Source: Eledone cirrhosa
Lineage: Eukaryota
DNA length: 64,000 bases
Assembly: GCA_964016885.1 (NCBI GenBank)
Contig: OZ024741.1
Span: 215,388,001-215,452,000, forward strand
Reading direction: 5' to 3'
The notes under the pieces were generated by a model that worked only from the letters and a program-made list of their open reading frames with translations, had not been told where the DNA came from and searched no databases. This document shows positions 43,793-60,482 of this stretch, piece by piece; positions within the stretch are counted from its first letter, which is position 1, and each line of letters opens with the position of its first letter. The position numbers and the translations under genes are program-made.

Positions 43793-43885
<93 letters not shown>

Positions 43886-44312
43886 ACAAATACATATATC
43901 CATATACATATATCCATATACACTGTGTATGTGTCAATCGATTGGAAACCAGGTGCAAATATTCGTGTCATAATTATCGCTAACACTACATCTATACGAT
44001 AGTTATTCGGTTATCCGTAGTACAATAATATTTTCCCCCCAAATAAATCTACAGATGATGTATTTTATAAATGATCCGTCTAGAAACTATAGAAACTAGC
44101 TACTAATTAACTATTTAATCATATATCTGTATGGTGTGATTTATTTCCTGGGGCTTTAATCCGTAACATACTTCTCATATAGACACATTCGTTAGGCTAA
44201 CTTCGTTGTTATTTATTGTCTCCGATTGTGATGTCACATATACAAACTTTGTGTGGAGGGCGTTGTGTGATGCACTCCACCAATCATTGTATGTATAGAG
44301 TCATATGTGCCG

Positions 44313-45636
<1,324 letters not shown>

Positions 45637-45641
45637 CGTGC

Positions 45642-45685
<44 letters not shown>

Positions 45686-45690
45686 AATTT

Positions 45691-45735
<45 letters not shown>

Positions 45736-45760
45736 TGTAATAAACAACATAAGGCAATTA

Positions 45761-45820
45761 TTCCATTTACCAGTGGTTTCTTAAAAGCAAAGAATTTTGC
45801 TTTCAATCCTCAGAATGAAA
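45761..45820 (-). ncRNA. Type I hammerhead ribozyme in fold-back cassette 45730-45980
   Basis: tttcatt-CTGAGGA-ttgaaagcaaa..tttgcttttaa-GAAA-ccactgg-TA-aatggaa. Confidence 0.8.
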
Positions 45821-45976
45821 AAATCCTGGTCTGTTTATTAAATTTGGATTTTAAAACTTTTATGAAACCACTGGTAAATGGAATAATTGCCTTATGTTGT
45901 TTATTACATAACTATTAAGCTCTGTTACCTACATAGAGCACTCTTTTTTCCTGGACTTTTCCGACGGAATTACTTC

Positions 45977-46016
<40 letters not shown>

Positions 46017-46870
46017 GTTTCTACTTTAGGCACAAGGCCAGCAATTACCCAGTGCATTACTGGTACTTTATTTTATCGACCCCCGTAAGGATGAAATGCA
46101 AAGTCAACCTCGGCGGGATATATAATGGAAAACGAAAAATGAGTGATGCAGCGGAACTCAATTTATTATGTGCTACAATTATTTCCCCGGCGAACAGCTC
46201 GAGGTGCGATCTGTGTGTGTGGATCGACCTGACTCTAGACTGGCAAACACGTCTATTGATTTCGGAGCATATCCTCTTTCCGAGTTTATGATCCTACAGT
46301 TCTATATCATCCACCTTCATCCGCTTTGCGCGTCCTTGGGTTGGTCACTGGTTAGTGACGTCATCATTATTCTGACAACTGGTAGCATCTCGCTGAGCGT
46401 CAGGGCGTGAGCTGTCACTCACCCACTTTTCCGCGGCAAAATTACTGCTGTTTCTAAGCTCACACTCCCACCCGCACCCACACACACACACACAGATACT
46501 GACAGATACATACAGAGTAGCTTGTGTGCTTACACATGCACGCCCAGAAGCATACACACATATCCATGTGTACACACACACATAAATAGTCACACAAATA
46601 TACGCATACATGCACACAGACAGGCGCACACACACAGACGTGTATATACACACGCATATACACAGACACACATACATACACGCACCTGTATATATATACA
46701 TGGACACACACTCGTACGCATCCGTACATATACATACACATGCACGCAGATATATATATATACATACACATACATACACATATATGCACATCTGCACATA
46801 TATATGCATACATACACACATACACATACATATATATATACACACCTAACCACACGCCCACACACACACA

Positions 46871-47010
<140 letters not shown>

Positions 47011-47113
47011 TAAGTTATTCCGGGTTGAATCGGAGGTAACCACAGTAAGTAAGGTACTCAATACATAACAGAGTATAAAATATATAAATACCACGACATT
47101 TATTTGGACAGTC

Positions 47114-47165
47114 AGATTCCTGATGATTTCTCAAGATGTGAAACAGTTCTAGTCCTGTAGAATCT
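47114..47165 (+). ncRNA. Type I hammerhead ribozyme (decayed stem II)
   Basis: agattc-CTGATGA..GAAA-cag..ctg-TA-gaatct. Confidence 0.65.
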
Positions 47166-47412
47166 CATCTATATTAAAACTATATATATATATACAATAA
47201 TAAAAGTATGTGTTCCTACATGTAAATAATACACATAGGGATATAAGTACAGTCCGACCGTATGCCAGTATGGTTCAATGGCAAGTTAATAAATTAACAA
47301 GCCAGAACATATAAAATGAAGGGAAAGCAAATAAAGAAAACATTTTAAAATAAATTTCAAAAAATTCACTGTACTTACTATATGTGCCTATACATACTTT
47401 TATTATTATTCT

Positions 47413-47592
47413 GTTGGCAGTGTCGATAGAAGGTCGGACGCCATGCTTTGACGCATAGAGGTACGGCCCTTGCCATTCTGTGTTCAAATCCCGCCGAGGT
47501 TAACTTTGCCTTTCATCCTTACGGGGTCGATAAAATAAAGTACCAGTAATGTACTGGGTATTTGCTAGCCTTGTGCCAAAAGTAGAAACAAT
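47413..47592 (+). mobile_element. tRNA-derived SINE
   Basis: Close match to 26229-26411. Sits within an inverted cassette (47320-47390 vs 47881-47957). Confidence 0.85.
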
Positions 47593-47806
47593 TATTATTC
47601 TCCGAAACGGTAGAGAAACCTTTGGTCATTTGAACGGCTGCTATTTTTAGTAGCAAGAGATTGACCTGTCCCTCTTGCTTTCAGTCTTTGCACACGGTAC
47701 TAGACCAAATTGTTTCATCATTCACTTGCTCTCATTCTGGAGCAGCTTTGTATGGCGTCAGTTTGTAATTTGAACTCGGGAATTTTATATTCTCCGAAAA
47801 AGAAAA

Positions 47807-47885
47807 GCCTCTGACGAAGATCTCTTTCTCAATGGAAATCCGCTTGGATTATCTATTTCTTTGGGATCTGAAACCGCGTTAAAGA
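47807..47885 (+). ncRNA. Degenerate hammerhead motif
   Basis: CTGACGA-agatc..gatct-GAAA-ccgcg-TT. Stem I is weak. Confidence 0.4.
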
Positions 47886-48181
47886 CACATATAGTAGGTA
47901 CGGTGAATTTTTTGAAATTTATTTTTAAATTTTTTCTTTATTTGCTTTTCCTTGATTTTATATATATATACATGTATATATATATACACTTACATACATT
48001 TATATATCTTTTTCCCCTACACGTGTGCATACACACACACCCAGACTCGCAATATATTCTTACACATATGTATATATGTATGTACACAGAATTACACACA
48101 CATAAAACAAATATGAATAAAATATATGTAAGAAAAGCATATAAAGATACACATTGGGCTGTACATGCAAAAATGCACCTT

Positions 48182-48630
48182 GATGTACGTGTTGACAGAG
48201 TTGATATTATGCTGCCAACATGGATTAATCCACGTATGGATACCTCAAGCAAGGCTACATATTGGGAGTGAACAGGCCATAATGGAGCATGTCACTCTAG
48301 GTGAGATGGAGTGCCATATTGATGTATGGTACGGGACTGAATATCCGTGGAGGTTGAGCCACCGTGTCCCGGCTCATGCGATGTTGTTGCCTAGGATGAC
48401 GTGCCGAGTCCAATAGGCAGCATAGGCTGTGTCGACTTACCCCACAGGGCATACATAGTCAACAAAGTATGGTATCTGATCCCTTGGACCAGCGCCGCCG
48501 CTCGGACCGGCGTCCGGGCATACGCTTTACATTAATACTATGAACTCCCAATATGTAGCCTTACTTGAGGTGTCTATACGTGAATTATCCACGTTGGCAG
48601 CATAATATCAACTCTGTCAGCACGTACACC
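48182..48630. mobile_element. MITE-like or fold-back element with ~90-bp inverted termini
   Basis: 48182-48270 is approximately the reverse complement of 48544-48630. The interior is GC-richer. Confidence 0.65.
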
Positions 48631-49050
48631 ATTTATTGTTTTCGGTACGCCCGGCCGACTAACTCACTCGATATGCAAATTAGGCTGCTTAGCGGTTAAT
48701 ATGCATAAGGAAAGTATATACTTTCAAACGTTCAATCGACTGACAGCAAGGTATATAGTGCTGATGACAGCTAATAATCTAGAAACTAGTTCATCGTTCC
48801 TTGGTCAGTGTTGAACAAAAGGGTAACGATGGTTGCCGAACACTGTACGGATACTAATTCGGGCTGTTTGTTTACAAACAAACCGAGCATTATAATAAAT
48901 GTTTGGTAAACCCATACGTACAGCATATATATGCATGTATGTATGTATATACATACTAATGTACGCCTGTATACATATATGTATGTACGTATACATACTT
49001 ACATTTAAGTATCAGTCGTACTAAGAGTGAGAAATGAATTTTCATTTTTT
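48631..49050 (+). mobile_element. Diverged monomer of the HHR tandem repeat at 55655-56497 (HHR at 48758-48794)
   Basis: Collinear similarity across the whole unit; gtg-CTGATGA..GAAActagTT-cat. Confidence 0.75.
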
Positions 49051-49060
49051 CTATTTATAA

Positions 49061-49164
<104 letters not shown>

Positions 49165-49169
49165 GTATG

Positions 49170-49251
<82 letters not shown>

Positions 49252-49294
49252 TATATACATATACACATATATATAAGCAGTTAAAAGGCTTCTT

Positions 49295-49330
<36 letters not shown>

Positions 49331-49408
49331 CGGAGAGGAGAGATAGAGAGATGCATTTAAAATGCATATATATATATATATGCGTGTGTGCGTGTGTGTG
49401 CGTGTGTG

Positions 49409-49548
<140 letters not shown>

Positions 49549-52354
49549 TGCGTGGGTGTGTATTTGTGTATGTACAGAGATAGAGAGATATTTAATGAAA
49601 TGTCAAATGACAATTTCAATTTTGTGTTTGTGAGATTGATTTCGTTATCTCTGCCAGTTCCGTACCAAACCTACAAGAGATAAGCGGCTTAGGGTTATAT
49701 CAAACCCCGCTCAACTAAGGATTAACTCACTTATCAGTGGTTTGAAGACAATAGCAACCATATAGGTCTGCACAGGAAGCCCTACATTTATATGGAACAG
49801 TTAATTAGCAGGTAAATTACAGTTGTTAGTGACGAGGGATTTAGGTAGGGGAGGGCTTCAAGAAACCAGTAACTCTTTATTTTTAGTAGGATGTGTTATT
49901 TAAAGAAGTAAAAAGAATCTGGAAATGCGTGGTCTTGTAGTTAGAGTATTGGGTTCAAGCTCGGATCACAATGTTGTGGGTTGGATTCCGGGTTCGTTCG
50001 TCGTGTCGTATTTTATTTCCCGTTGCACCAGTCGACACAGCTGAAAATGAGTACCAATAGTATCTAGGAGTTAATTATACGATTGATTACCATCCTTTCC
50101 AGTGGAGTATCATATACTCTCTGTCACTTAATGCACAAAGGAAGCCGGGAAACGTTCCGAACTAATGGAGATCTTGTGTCGAGAGAGAGAGAGAAAGATT
50201 TTAACAAACTTATTTATAAAAGTAAAAGGAATTGTTTTAGGAATTTCTCTGTGGAAGTTTATCACTGTTTAAAAGTCGTTTAAGTTTAATAGAAATGTAT
50301 GAGAAGCTCTTTATATATAATCGATACCCGTGCAATGCTGAGTAGCACTCTTATTTTAGATATAGAGATTAGATTGCTTTAGCTACGAATGAGCCGTACA
50401 ATAGAACTGAGTTCTGTTAGAACAATTAAGATCTCTTACATAGCATATCAAGGCGGCAAATTGCAGAGTCCTTAGAATGTCGGATTAGATGCTTTGCAAT
50501 ATTCATTCTGGTTCTTAGTACTCTCTGAGTTAAAGTAGTGCCTTTCATCTGGTCAAGGTGGATAAACAAACTAAGTCCAAATACTGGGTTATTTCTACTT
50601 CTATATATCTTTCACAGATCCTTTATATTTCTCTCTCTTTCTCTCGCTCCCCCCCCTCTCTCTTATCTTTGTTTGCAGAAATCTGCTATGTTCAGAATTG
50701 GGTAGAGGATGGATTCCGCCAGCTTTAAAGTGCTCAAGAGACGTCGAATATGATGGTGGCTACCCTACTATTGCATCAGTCGACACGGGTCAATACATAC
50801 ATACACAACATATCAGTGGCACTTGGAAAGATATGAATGCCAACACTCCACTTTCTATTTCCACTCATAATGATATTTCGTGTTCTCTTTTTACCAACTT
50901 AAAGAGAAAACGATATTTTAATTAGTTTTTTAAATGAATTCTATTTTTATAGAAACCAATTTGAATTAAGTTTGTAACGAAATACCATAAGATATTAAAA
51001 GAATTTAAATTAGGCTTTTTTCTTAATAGGCTATTAAATCTTGTCACAAGGAAAATTTAAAAAAAAACAAGTCGATAGAAGGGAGGGATGATATATGCAT
51101 ATTTATGTTATATTTATGCATTTTTTATACGGATATGAATCGCGAAAATCAGAAGAAGGACATTTAAATAGAAATTCAGTTGAAATCGAATTAAAGTTTG
51201 AATCGAAAATATAATTCAATGCGGAGAAAATAAAATTAATGTCTGTTCAAAATTTTTAATTTTCACTAATAACTGTGAATGCGACAAATTAAAAGAGTCG
51301 TTAAAACGTCGGACACCATGGCTTGCTGAAGTTGTTCAGGTTCTCTGCTCTCTCAGTTCAAACCTCATCATAGTCATCTTTGTAATTCCACCGTCAGATT
51401 CTTCAACTTCTATTCATTTCTCTCTAGGAATGGACGGCTTTTGGATGGATTAGTGCTGGTTGGATTAGTGTGAAAGGAAAATGTTAAATGAATCGACTGC
51501 ATGTGTCATGCTGAATCTCCCTGAGAATTACGTTAACGTTGCACATGTCTGCGGAATTTTCAGCCATTTATACAAAATGCAATATATATTCTACCTGTAA
51601 TGGGGGTTTGTTTCAAATACTCCGACACGTTGAATCTCCCTGAGTACACATTTATGTGGAATACTCAGCTACCTTTACTATAACAAAAGATGGGTTTTAA
51701 CTCACATTCAAATCTTTATTCTGGTCAGATACTGTCTCACGCTGAATCACTTTGAGAAAAACGTTCACAGTCCACGTGGTAGTGCATTACTCAGGCATTT
51801 ATTCAATAATAAAAGATATAATAATTTCAAAGGCCGACACTTGTTACAAATTGTATCATCCTGAATTGTCCTTATAATTACATTAAATATGCAGGCGTCA
51901 GTGGAGGCGCATGACCCAAGGTGTTGGAATTATGGTCATAATGTTGTGGGTTTCATTCCTGGCTGGGTTATGTGTTTGTGGTCTTCAGCAAAACAATTCA
52001 TTTCACGTTGCTCCTGTATACTCAGCTGAAATTGAGTACCAGCAATAGGTGGGGGTATAACCCTGCTATGGACTGGCGTCCTGTCCAGGGGAAGTCTTGT
52101 AGTGTTAGTCGCTTCACGCCCCGGCGTAACGAACCATCTAGCTTGAGACATGCTTTAGATTCAGGTCTCCTAGTAACGCTATGTCACCTTAAATTTTTTT
52201 CTTTTGAGGATTCGGTTAAGGATAATGCAAATGTCTGGCCAGTAAAGTAAGATTTTATCACGCTGAATCTCCCCAAGAATTATGTTCAGGGTACACGTGT
52301 CTGTGGAATGCTCAACTACTTTCAACCACTTACAGGTTAAATCTGCATCTAGGC

Positions 52355-53255
52355 CAGTGGTTTTCAAAACTGTGAGCCGTGGTGGACAGATGCGCCGCAA
52401 AAGAATAAGATTAAGTTTTATGATGTGAAAAATACAAACCGAAATTCGCGTGAGAGTGCTTATATAGCTCTCAAAGTGGTAAACAAGTAAAGTTTCGTAA
52501 GACGATTTGCGAAACATAGCTCAATTTCTCGACTGAGAGGTAGTTTGTTCGTTCAGCTTATTTCGGCTAAATTTTTTTTTAATTAATAATAATAATAATA
52601 ATGAAATTATTGTCTACAGTGCTCAGGTGCACTACAACTCATCAAAGGTGCATGTATAGTACATAGAATAATATACAAATGTCAGGGAAGTGAATAGTGT
52701 ATGATACATGTGTGCATGTGTATTGAGGGTGAATATTAGGTGTAGTGTTGGCGAATCTCAGGAAGCATGGAGATTTTAAAGGATGCAGTGTCTCGACAGC
52801 TAATAACTGATGCAGATAGTTTGTTCCATGCTTCAGCAACTCTGAGCGTGAAAATATGTTTCCGAAAGTCATGGGGGCTGTGCTGTTTATTAAAGAATTT
52901 ATTGTTGATATAACTATAAACTGGTCAAACGTACAGAAAAATAAAGCAGCATTTAAACATCTTGTTAAATGTTGTGTTTTAAATTTCATAAAAATCTCTA
53001 GGTGGCCAGGGGGAATGGGCCCAGAACCTTTTTAACACTATGTTATGCTAATATGTTTGAAACATTCTTTCGAATAAATTCCATAAGAATCCATAGATGG
53101 CTAGGGGAAATGGCCCTAGAACATTTTACCGCTATGTTATGGTAATATGTTTGAAAAACTCCCTTGAATAATTTTCGGATTTATGGTACATAAATACCAG
53201 TATATTTTTATTTTTCAAAAATGCACCACGAGTATAAAAATATTGGGAACCACTG
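52355..53255. mobile_element. Possible non-autonomous hAT-type element
   Basis: Termini cagtggttttcaa / ttgggaaccactg. No matching 8-bp target-site duplication seen. Confidence 0.4.
52583..52890 (-). mobile_element. CR1-type LINE 3' end
   Basis: Minus strand DFRKHIFTLRVAEAWNKLSASVISCRDTASFK, followed by a 3' UTR and (ATT)n tail. Confidence 0.75.
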
Positions 53256-54289
53256 GCGTTGGTTATTTTATTGTGATGATTGAACAACTACAAGGAAACT
53301 CATCGTTTAAATTGACGGAGGTCCCTTTCCATTTCGTCCAATTCCATCCAATTCAATCCAATTCCATTCCATTTCATTCCATTTATCTCTTCTAACAGAT
53401 TCATCTGTAAAATTGTCTCCTTTGAGAGAGGAAGAATATATTTTGACACGATAACATGTGGCCGGGAAAAAATCTCTCAGGTTTCCCTACTGGTTGGATT
53501 AGTGTGAAAGGAAAATGATGATAAATGAAGCGATGTTGCTAGAAATAAGTGATAAATGTGAAGTGAATTTAACAGTGTGTGTGTGTGTGTCAGTGTGTAT
53601 GGGGGGTGACTGTGTGTGGGGAGCTGTGGATGTATGTGTAGGGGAGTGTGCGTAGGGAAGTGTGTATGTGTAGGTGTGTGCATGCGTGTGTGTGTGTATG
53701 TACGAATGTGTGAGTGTGTGTGTCTGTGTGGGGTGTGAGCGTGAGTGTGTGTGTATGGGGGGGGGAAGAATGTGTGTTTGTGTGTGTGTGTATGTGTGTG
53801 AGTGTTTGTGAGTGTGTATTCGTGTGTGCGTGCGTACGTGTGTGTGTATGTGTACGTACGAATGTGTAAGTGTGTGTATCTGTGTAGAGTGTAAGTGTGT
53901 GTGTATAGGGGGGCAGAATGTGTGTGTTTGTGCGTGTTTGTGTGTGAGTCTTTGTGAGTGTATGTTTGTGTAAGCGTGCGTACGTGTGTGTGTGTGTTTC
54001 TGACTTTTGGTGTGTATGTATGTGGGTGCGTGTAGATGAGTGTGTATGCGTGAGTGGTTGCACGCGCTTGTCTGTGTGTATAAGTGTGTGTCGGTGCGTG
54101 TAGATGAGTGTGTGTGTGTGGGAGTGTGTGTGTGTCGGTTTGTATCAATAGCTTAAATGATTCTTTCACGAAGTAACTGATTTTGTTTCAACACACAGTA
54201 CGGCCTCAGATTAAGGTAACTTGTGAAACAAGTACAGCAGACATATATATATATAGTATGAGGAAACGTATGTGTATATATATATATAT

Positions 54290-54610
54290 ATATTAATAAG
54301 AGGAATTCCAACTTTGTCTGATTTACTCGTTTTATTTACAATCCTTTAAAATATATAATGGTATTATAATGAATTAGTATGATAGAATATTAAATTCTAA
54401 GTGTTAATTGAACAAGTACTTTCATGCTTTCGCAATCTTCAGGTTCATAGTATGTGGTGACAGTCGAGTTTACAATTTTCAACTGTTGAAAATTAACACT
54501 TAGAATTTAATATTCTATCATACTATTTCATTATAATACCATTATATATTTTAAAGGATTGTAAATAAAACGAGTAAATCAGACAAAGTTGGAATTCCTC
54601 TTATTAATAT
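54290..54610. mobile_element. Fold-back cassette (~120-bp arms) with a hammerhead in the spacer
   Basis: 54290-54408 is the reverse complement of 54490-54610. Confidence 0.8.
54410..54446 (-). ncRNA. Minimal type I hammerhead ribozyme
   Basis: gaac-CTGAAGA-t-tgc GAAA gca-t-GAAA-gtac-TT-gttc. Palindrome AGTACT. GNRA-capped stem II. Confidence 0.75.
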
Positions 54611-54647
54611 AATCTTCTATACACAATCATACACACCCGTGTATATT

Positions 54648-54748
<101 letters not shown>

Positions 54749-54780
54749 TTAAATTTACATTAAATTACATATATATACAA

Positions 54781-54819
<39 letters not shown>

Positions 54820-54837
54820 CACATACGTTTCCTCATG

Positions 54838-54890
<53 letters not shown>

Positions 54891-54897
54891 TATATAA

Positions 54898-54968
<71 letters not shown>

Positions 54969-54978
54969 TATATGTATG

Positions 54979-55507
<529 letters not shown>

Positions 55508-55687
55508 ATATATATATAAATATATATATATGTAAGTATGCATGTATACGTACATACATATATGTATACAGACGTACAGTAGCATGCACATATATATATA
55601 TATATATATACATATATACATACATATGCATACAGGTACACATACATATATGCACGTTCGAACGTTCAACTATCTGGCAGATGGGTA

Positions 55688-55732
55688 AACGGTGCTGATG
55701 ATAGCTAACAAGCTTGAAACTAGTACATCGTT
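55688..55732 (+). ncRNA. Type I hammerhead ribozyme
   Basis: aacggtg-CTGATGA-t-agct aaca agct-t-GAAA-ctag-TA-catcgtt. Palindrome ACTAGT. Confidence 0.85.
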
Positions 55733-56161
55733 CCTGTGTCAGTGTTGAACAAAAAGGTGACGTGGTTGCCTTAACACCGTATGGCATAAATTCAGGCTGT
55801 TCAGTTTGTTTACAAACGAACAAAGTGACGTTATAATAAGCGCCGCTAAATTGATACGTGCATATATGTATGTGTACCTGTATGCATATGTATGTATATA
55901 TGTATATATATATATATATATGTGCATGCTACTGTACGTCTGTATACATATATGTATGTACGTATACATGCATACTTACATTTAAGTAAGTGCCATACTA
56001 AGAGTGAGAAATGAAATTTCGTTTTCATTTTGTTTCAATTTATCGTTTTCGGTATGCCTGACCGATTTAACTCACTCAATATGCAAATTAGGCTGCTCAG
56101 CCGTTAATTTTCATAAGGAAAGTATATACTTTCGAACGTTCAACTATCTGGCAGATGGGTA

Positions 56162-56206
56162 AACGGTGCTGATGATAGCTAACAAGCTTGAAACTAGTAC
56201 ATCGTT
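56162..56206 (+). ncRNA. Type I hammerhead ribozyme (tandem copy)
   Basis: Identical to 55688-55732. Confidence 0.85.
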
Positions 56207-56526
56207 CCTGTGTCAGTGTTGAACAAAAAGTTGACGTGGTTGCCTTAACACCGTATGGCATAAATTCAGGCTGTTCAGTTTGTTTACAAACGAACAAAGT
56301 GACGTTATAATAAGCGCCGCTAAATTGATACGTGCATATATGTATGTGTACCTGTATGCATATGTATGTATATATATATGTGCATGCTACTGTACGTCTG
56401 TATACATATATGTATGTACGTATACATGCATACTTACATTTAAGTAAGTGCCATACTAAGAGTGAGAAATGAAATTTCGTTTTCATTTTGTTTCAATATA
56501 TATATAAATATATATATATATATAAA

Positions 56527-56569
<43 letters not shown>

Positions 56570-57233
56570 TGTTGGCTTCTTGCTCACATTAATTTCTATA
56601 TTTTCATTTATATTTATACTCGGAATATTTCCTAGAATGCTTAAAATTATTTGTGACTAATCCCGGACTTTTTTTTTTTAAAAACCGCGATAATGATGCT
56701 ATTTTTCTGAACTCCTTACATTTTGTAGAGTTTTTTTCGGAATGTTTTTCACTGCTGTTTCTTGTAAATAGACAATTGTCTCATTCTGACGTCACCAGCC
56801 ATGTCTCTCCATGTGTGTTTATTTTCATAATTTCCACATGAAGTGAACTAGCCTGCTTTTAAATTCCCTTTTTGGCATATTTTTGCAGTGGATGCTTAGG
56901 GTTATCGTGTTTCAGCTCTACCGAGGAACGACTCCAACCGTGACAATTCCCACTGAAAAGTTTCGAGAAATAGTATTTTTAAGACTATACAGAGCATTTG
57001 TAGTTTTTCCAAATTGAAGGATGAGTATTTAAACTTTATTTTATTCTGAGTTAAGACTCTATTTTTTTTCCCCTGGATTTCACAAAATCTGTGGATAAAA
57101 TCTGTCTTGATTTTTTTGAATTGAGTTTGAATTATTTTCCGACATCTTACGTTAATTATTTTCCATTTTGACGTTATAGCCACTTATATATTATGAAATA
57201 CTGTTGGCTTCTTGCTCGCATTAATTTCTATAT

Positions 57234-57293
<60 letters not shown>

Positions 57294-57378
57294 AGGAGGT
57301 GAGTTTTATTGTAGTACAAGAAAGCAATGCAGATATCGGATAAGAAGCACTCTACAGTTTGTAGGACTGGGGTATAAA

Positions 57379-57812
<434 letters not shown>

Positions 57813-57978
57813 GTATATATATAATTTAATGTAAATTTAACAGTTTTTATGTCATACTTCAATGGCTAAAATGGGTTTCCACTATGTAATTGATATAGAT
57901 TCAACACACTGTCTTAAATCAAGCCACTTGGCAAACAATTACAACATACCTGTCTATCTATTTATCTATGTATTTCTC

Positions 57979-58024
<46 letters not shown>

Positions 58025-58026
58025 TC

Positions 58027-58116
<90 letters not shown>

Positions 58117-58118
<2 letters not shown>

Positions 58119-58290
58119 GTATAATAAACAATACAATATAATTACCTCATTACCAGAGGTTTCCCGAATAAGACGAATGCGTAATGAGGTAATTATATTG
58201 TATTGTTTATTATACATTAAATTTTGCTCTGGTACTTACATAGAGCACTCTTCACTCCTATGACTTTTTCAATTTTCAACGGAAACTTCA
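58117..58290. mobile_element. Small fold-back cassette related to 45730-45980
   Basis: Inverted arms at 58117-58152 and 58182-58218. Shares the ctctg(g/t)tac.tacatagagcactctt tail. Confidence 0.6.
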
Positions 58291-58327
<37 letters not shown>

Positions 58328-58543
58328 CACACACAGTGTGTGGACGATATATAGATTTGATAGACATATATATATATTATTAGAAATGTAAGCTATCGCC
58401 GTATTTTGACTAAAGAAATTAAAGAAATTATTTAGCCTGATAGTGGGGTTAAGAACCCTCGGAGATATGGAAAAAGATGAATATTGACGTACATGGGAGA
58501 GATATATCTTTATGTCTCTCTATCTCTCTCTCTATCTATCTAT

Positions 58544-59907
<1,364 letters not shown>

Positions 59908-60080
59908 TAATATATATATATATATAATGACGTATTATCTTCGTTTTTTCCGTTCATTGCCACCTAATAGACTATTTTGCCAGGGAACGTTTCCCCGAAC
60001 CAAAGTATCGTCTTCCTGTCTTCCTTCGGTAGCAACGTTTTTCGAAATATTTACTTCTGCCTTCACAGATTGATTTTTTC

Positions 60081-60131
60081 AGTTTCAGAAGATGCCGTTA
60101 AGGGTGAAAGCAGCGATTCTTTGCTTAAACT
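60081..60131 (+). ncRNA. Hammerhead-like motif (CAGAAGA) in a solo pseudo-LTR at ~59930-60243
   Basis: Same family as 9916-9966. Confidence 0.5.
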
Positions 60132-60238
60132 TTAATCTGTTATTTTAATAAATATTTGCTCTACGGTTCTTATATATTTGATATATATTTTTCCTTATCG
60201 AGCCCTCTTTGGATTTTAGTCTTCAAATTTATTATTAT

Positions 60239-60297
<59 letters not shown>

Positions 60298-60430
60298 TAG
60301 AACTTGATTTTTTGCCATGGAACTACAATTGAAAAATTTCCTCAACTCACCCTCTACACACAGTTACTATTATTTCTATTTAACCTTGCTCTCTCTCTCT
60401 CTCGCTCTCTCCCATTCTCTCTCACTCACA

Positions 60431-60482
<52 letters not shown>

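Larger units (their letters stand above)
55531..56497 (+). mobile_element. Retrozyme-like non-coding tandem repeat (474-bp unit, ~1.8 copies) with inverted 5' arm
   Basis: 55657-56037 is repeated at 56131-56497. 55531-55656 is the reverse complement of 55856-55980. One HHR per unit and no real ORF. Confidence 0.8.
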
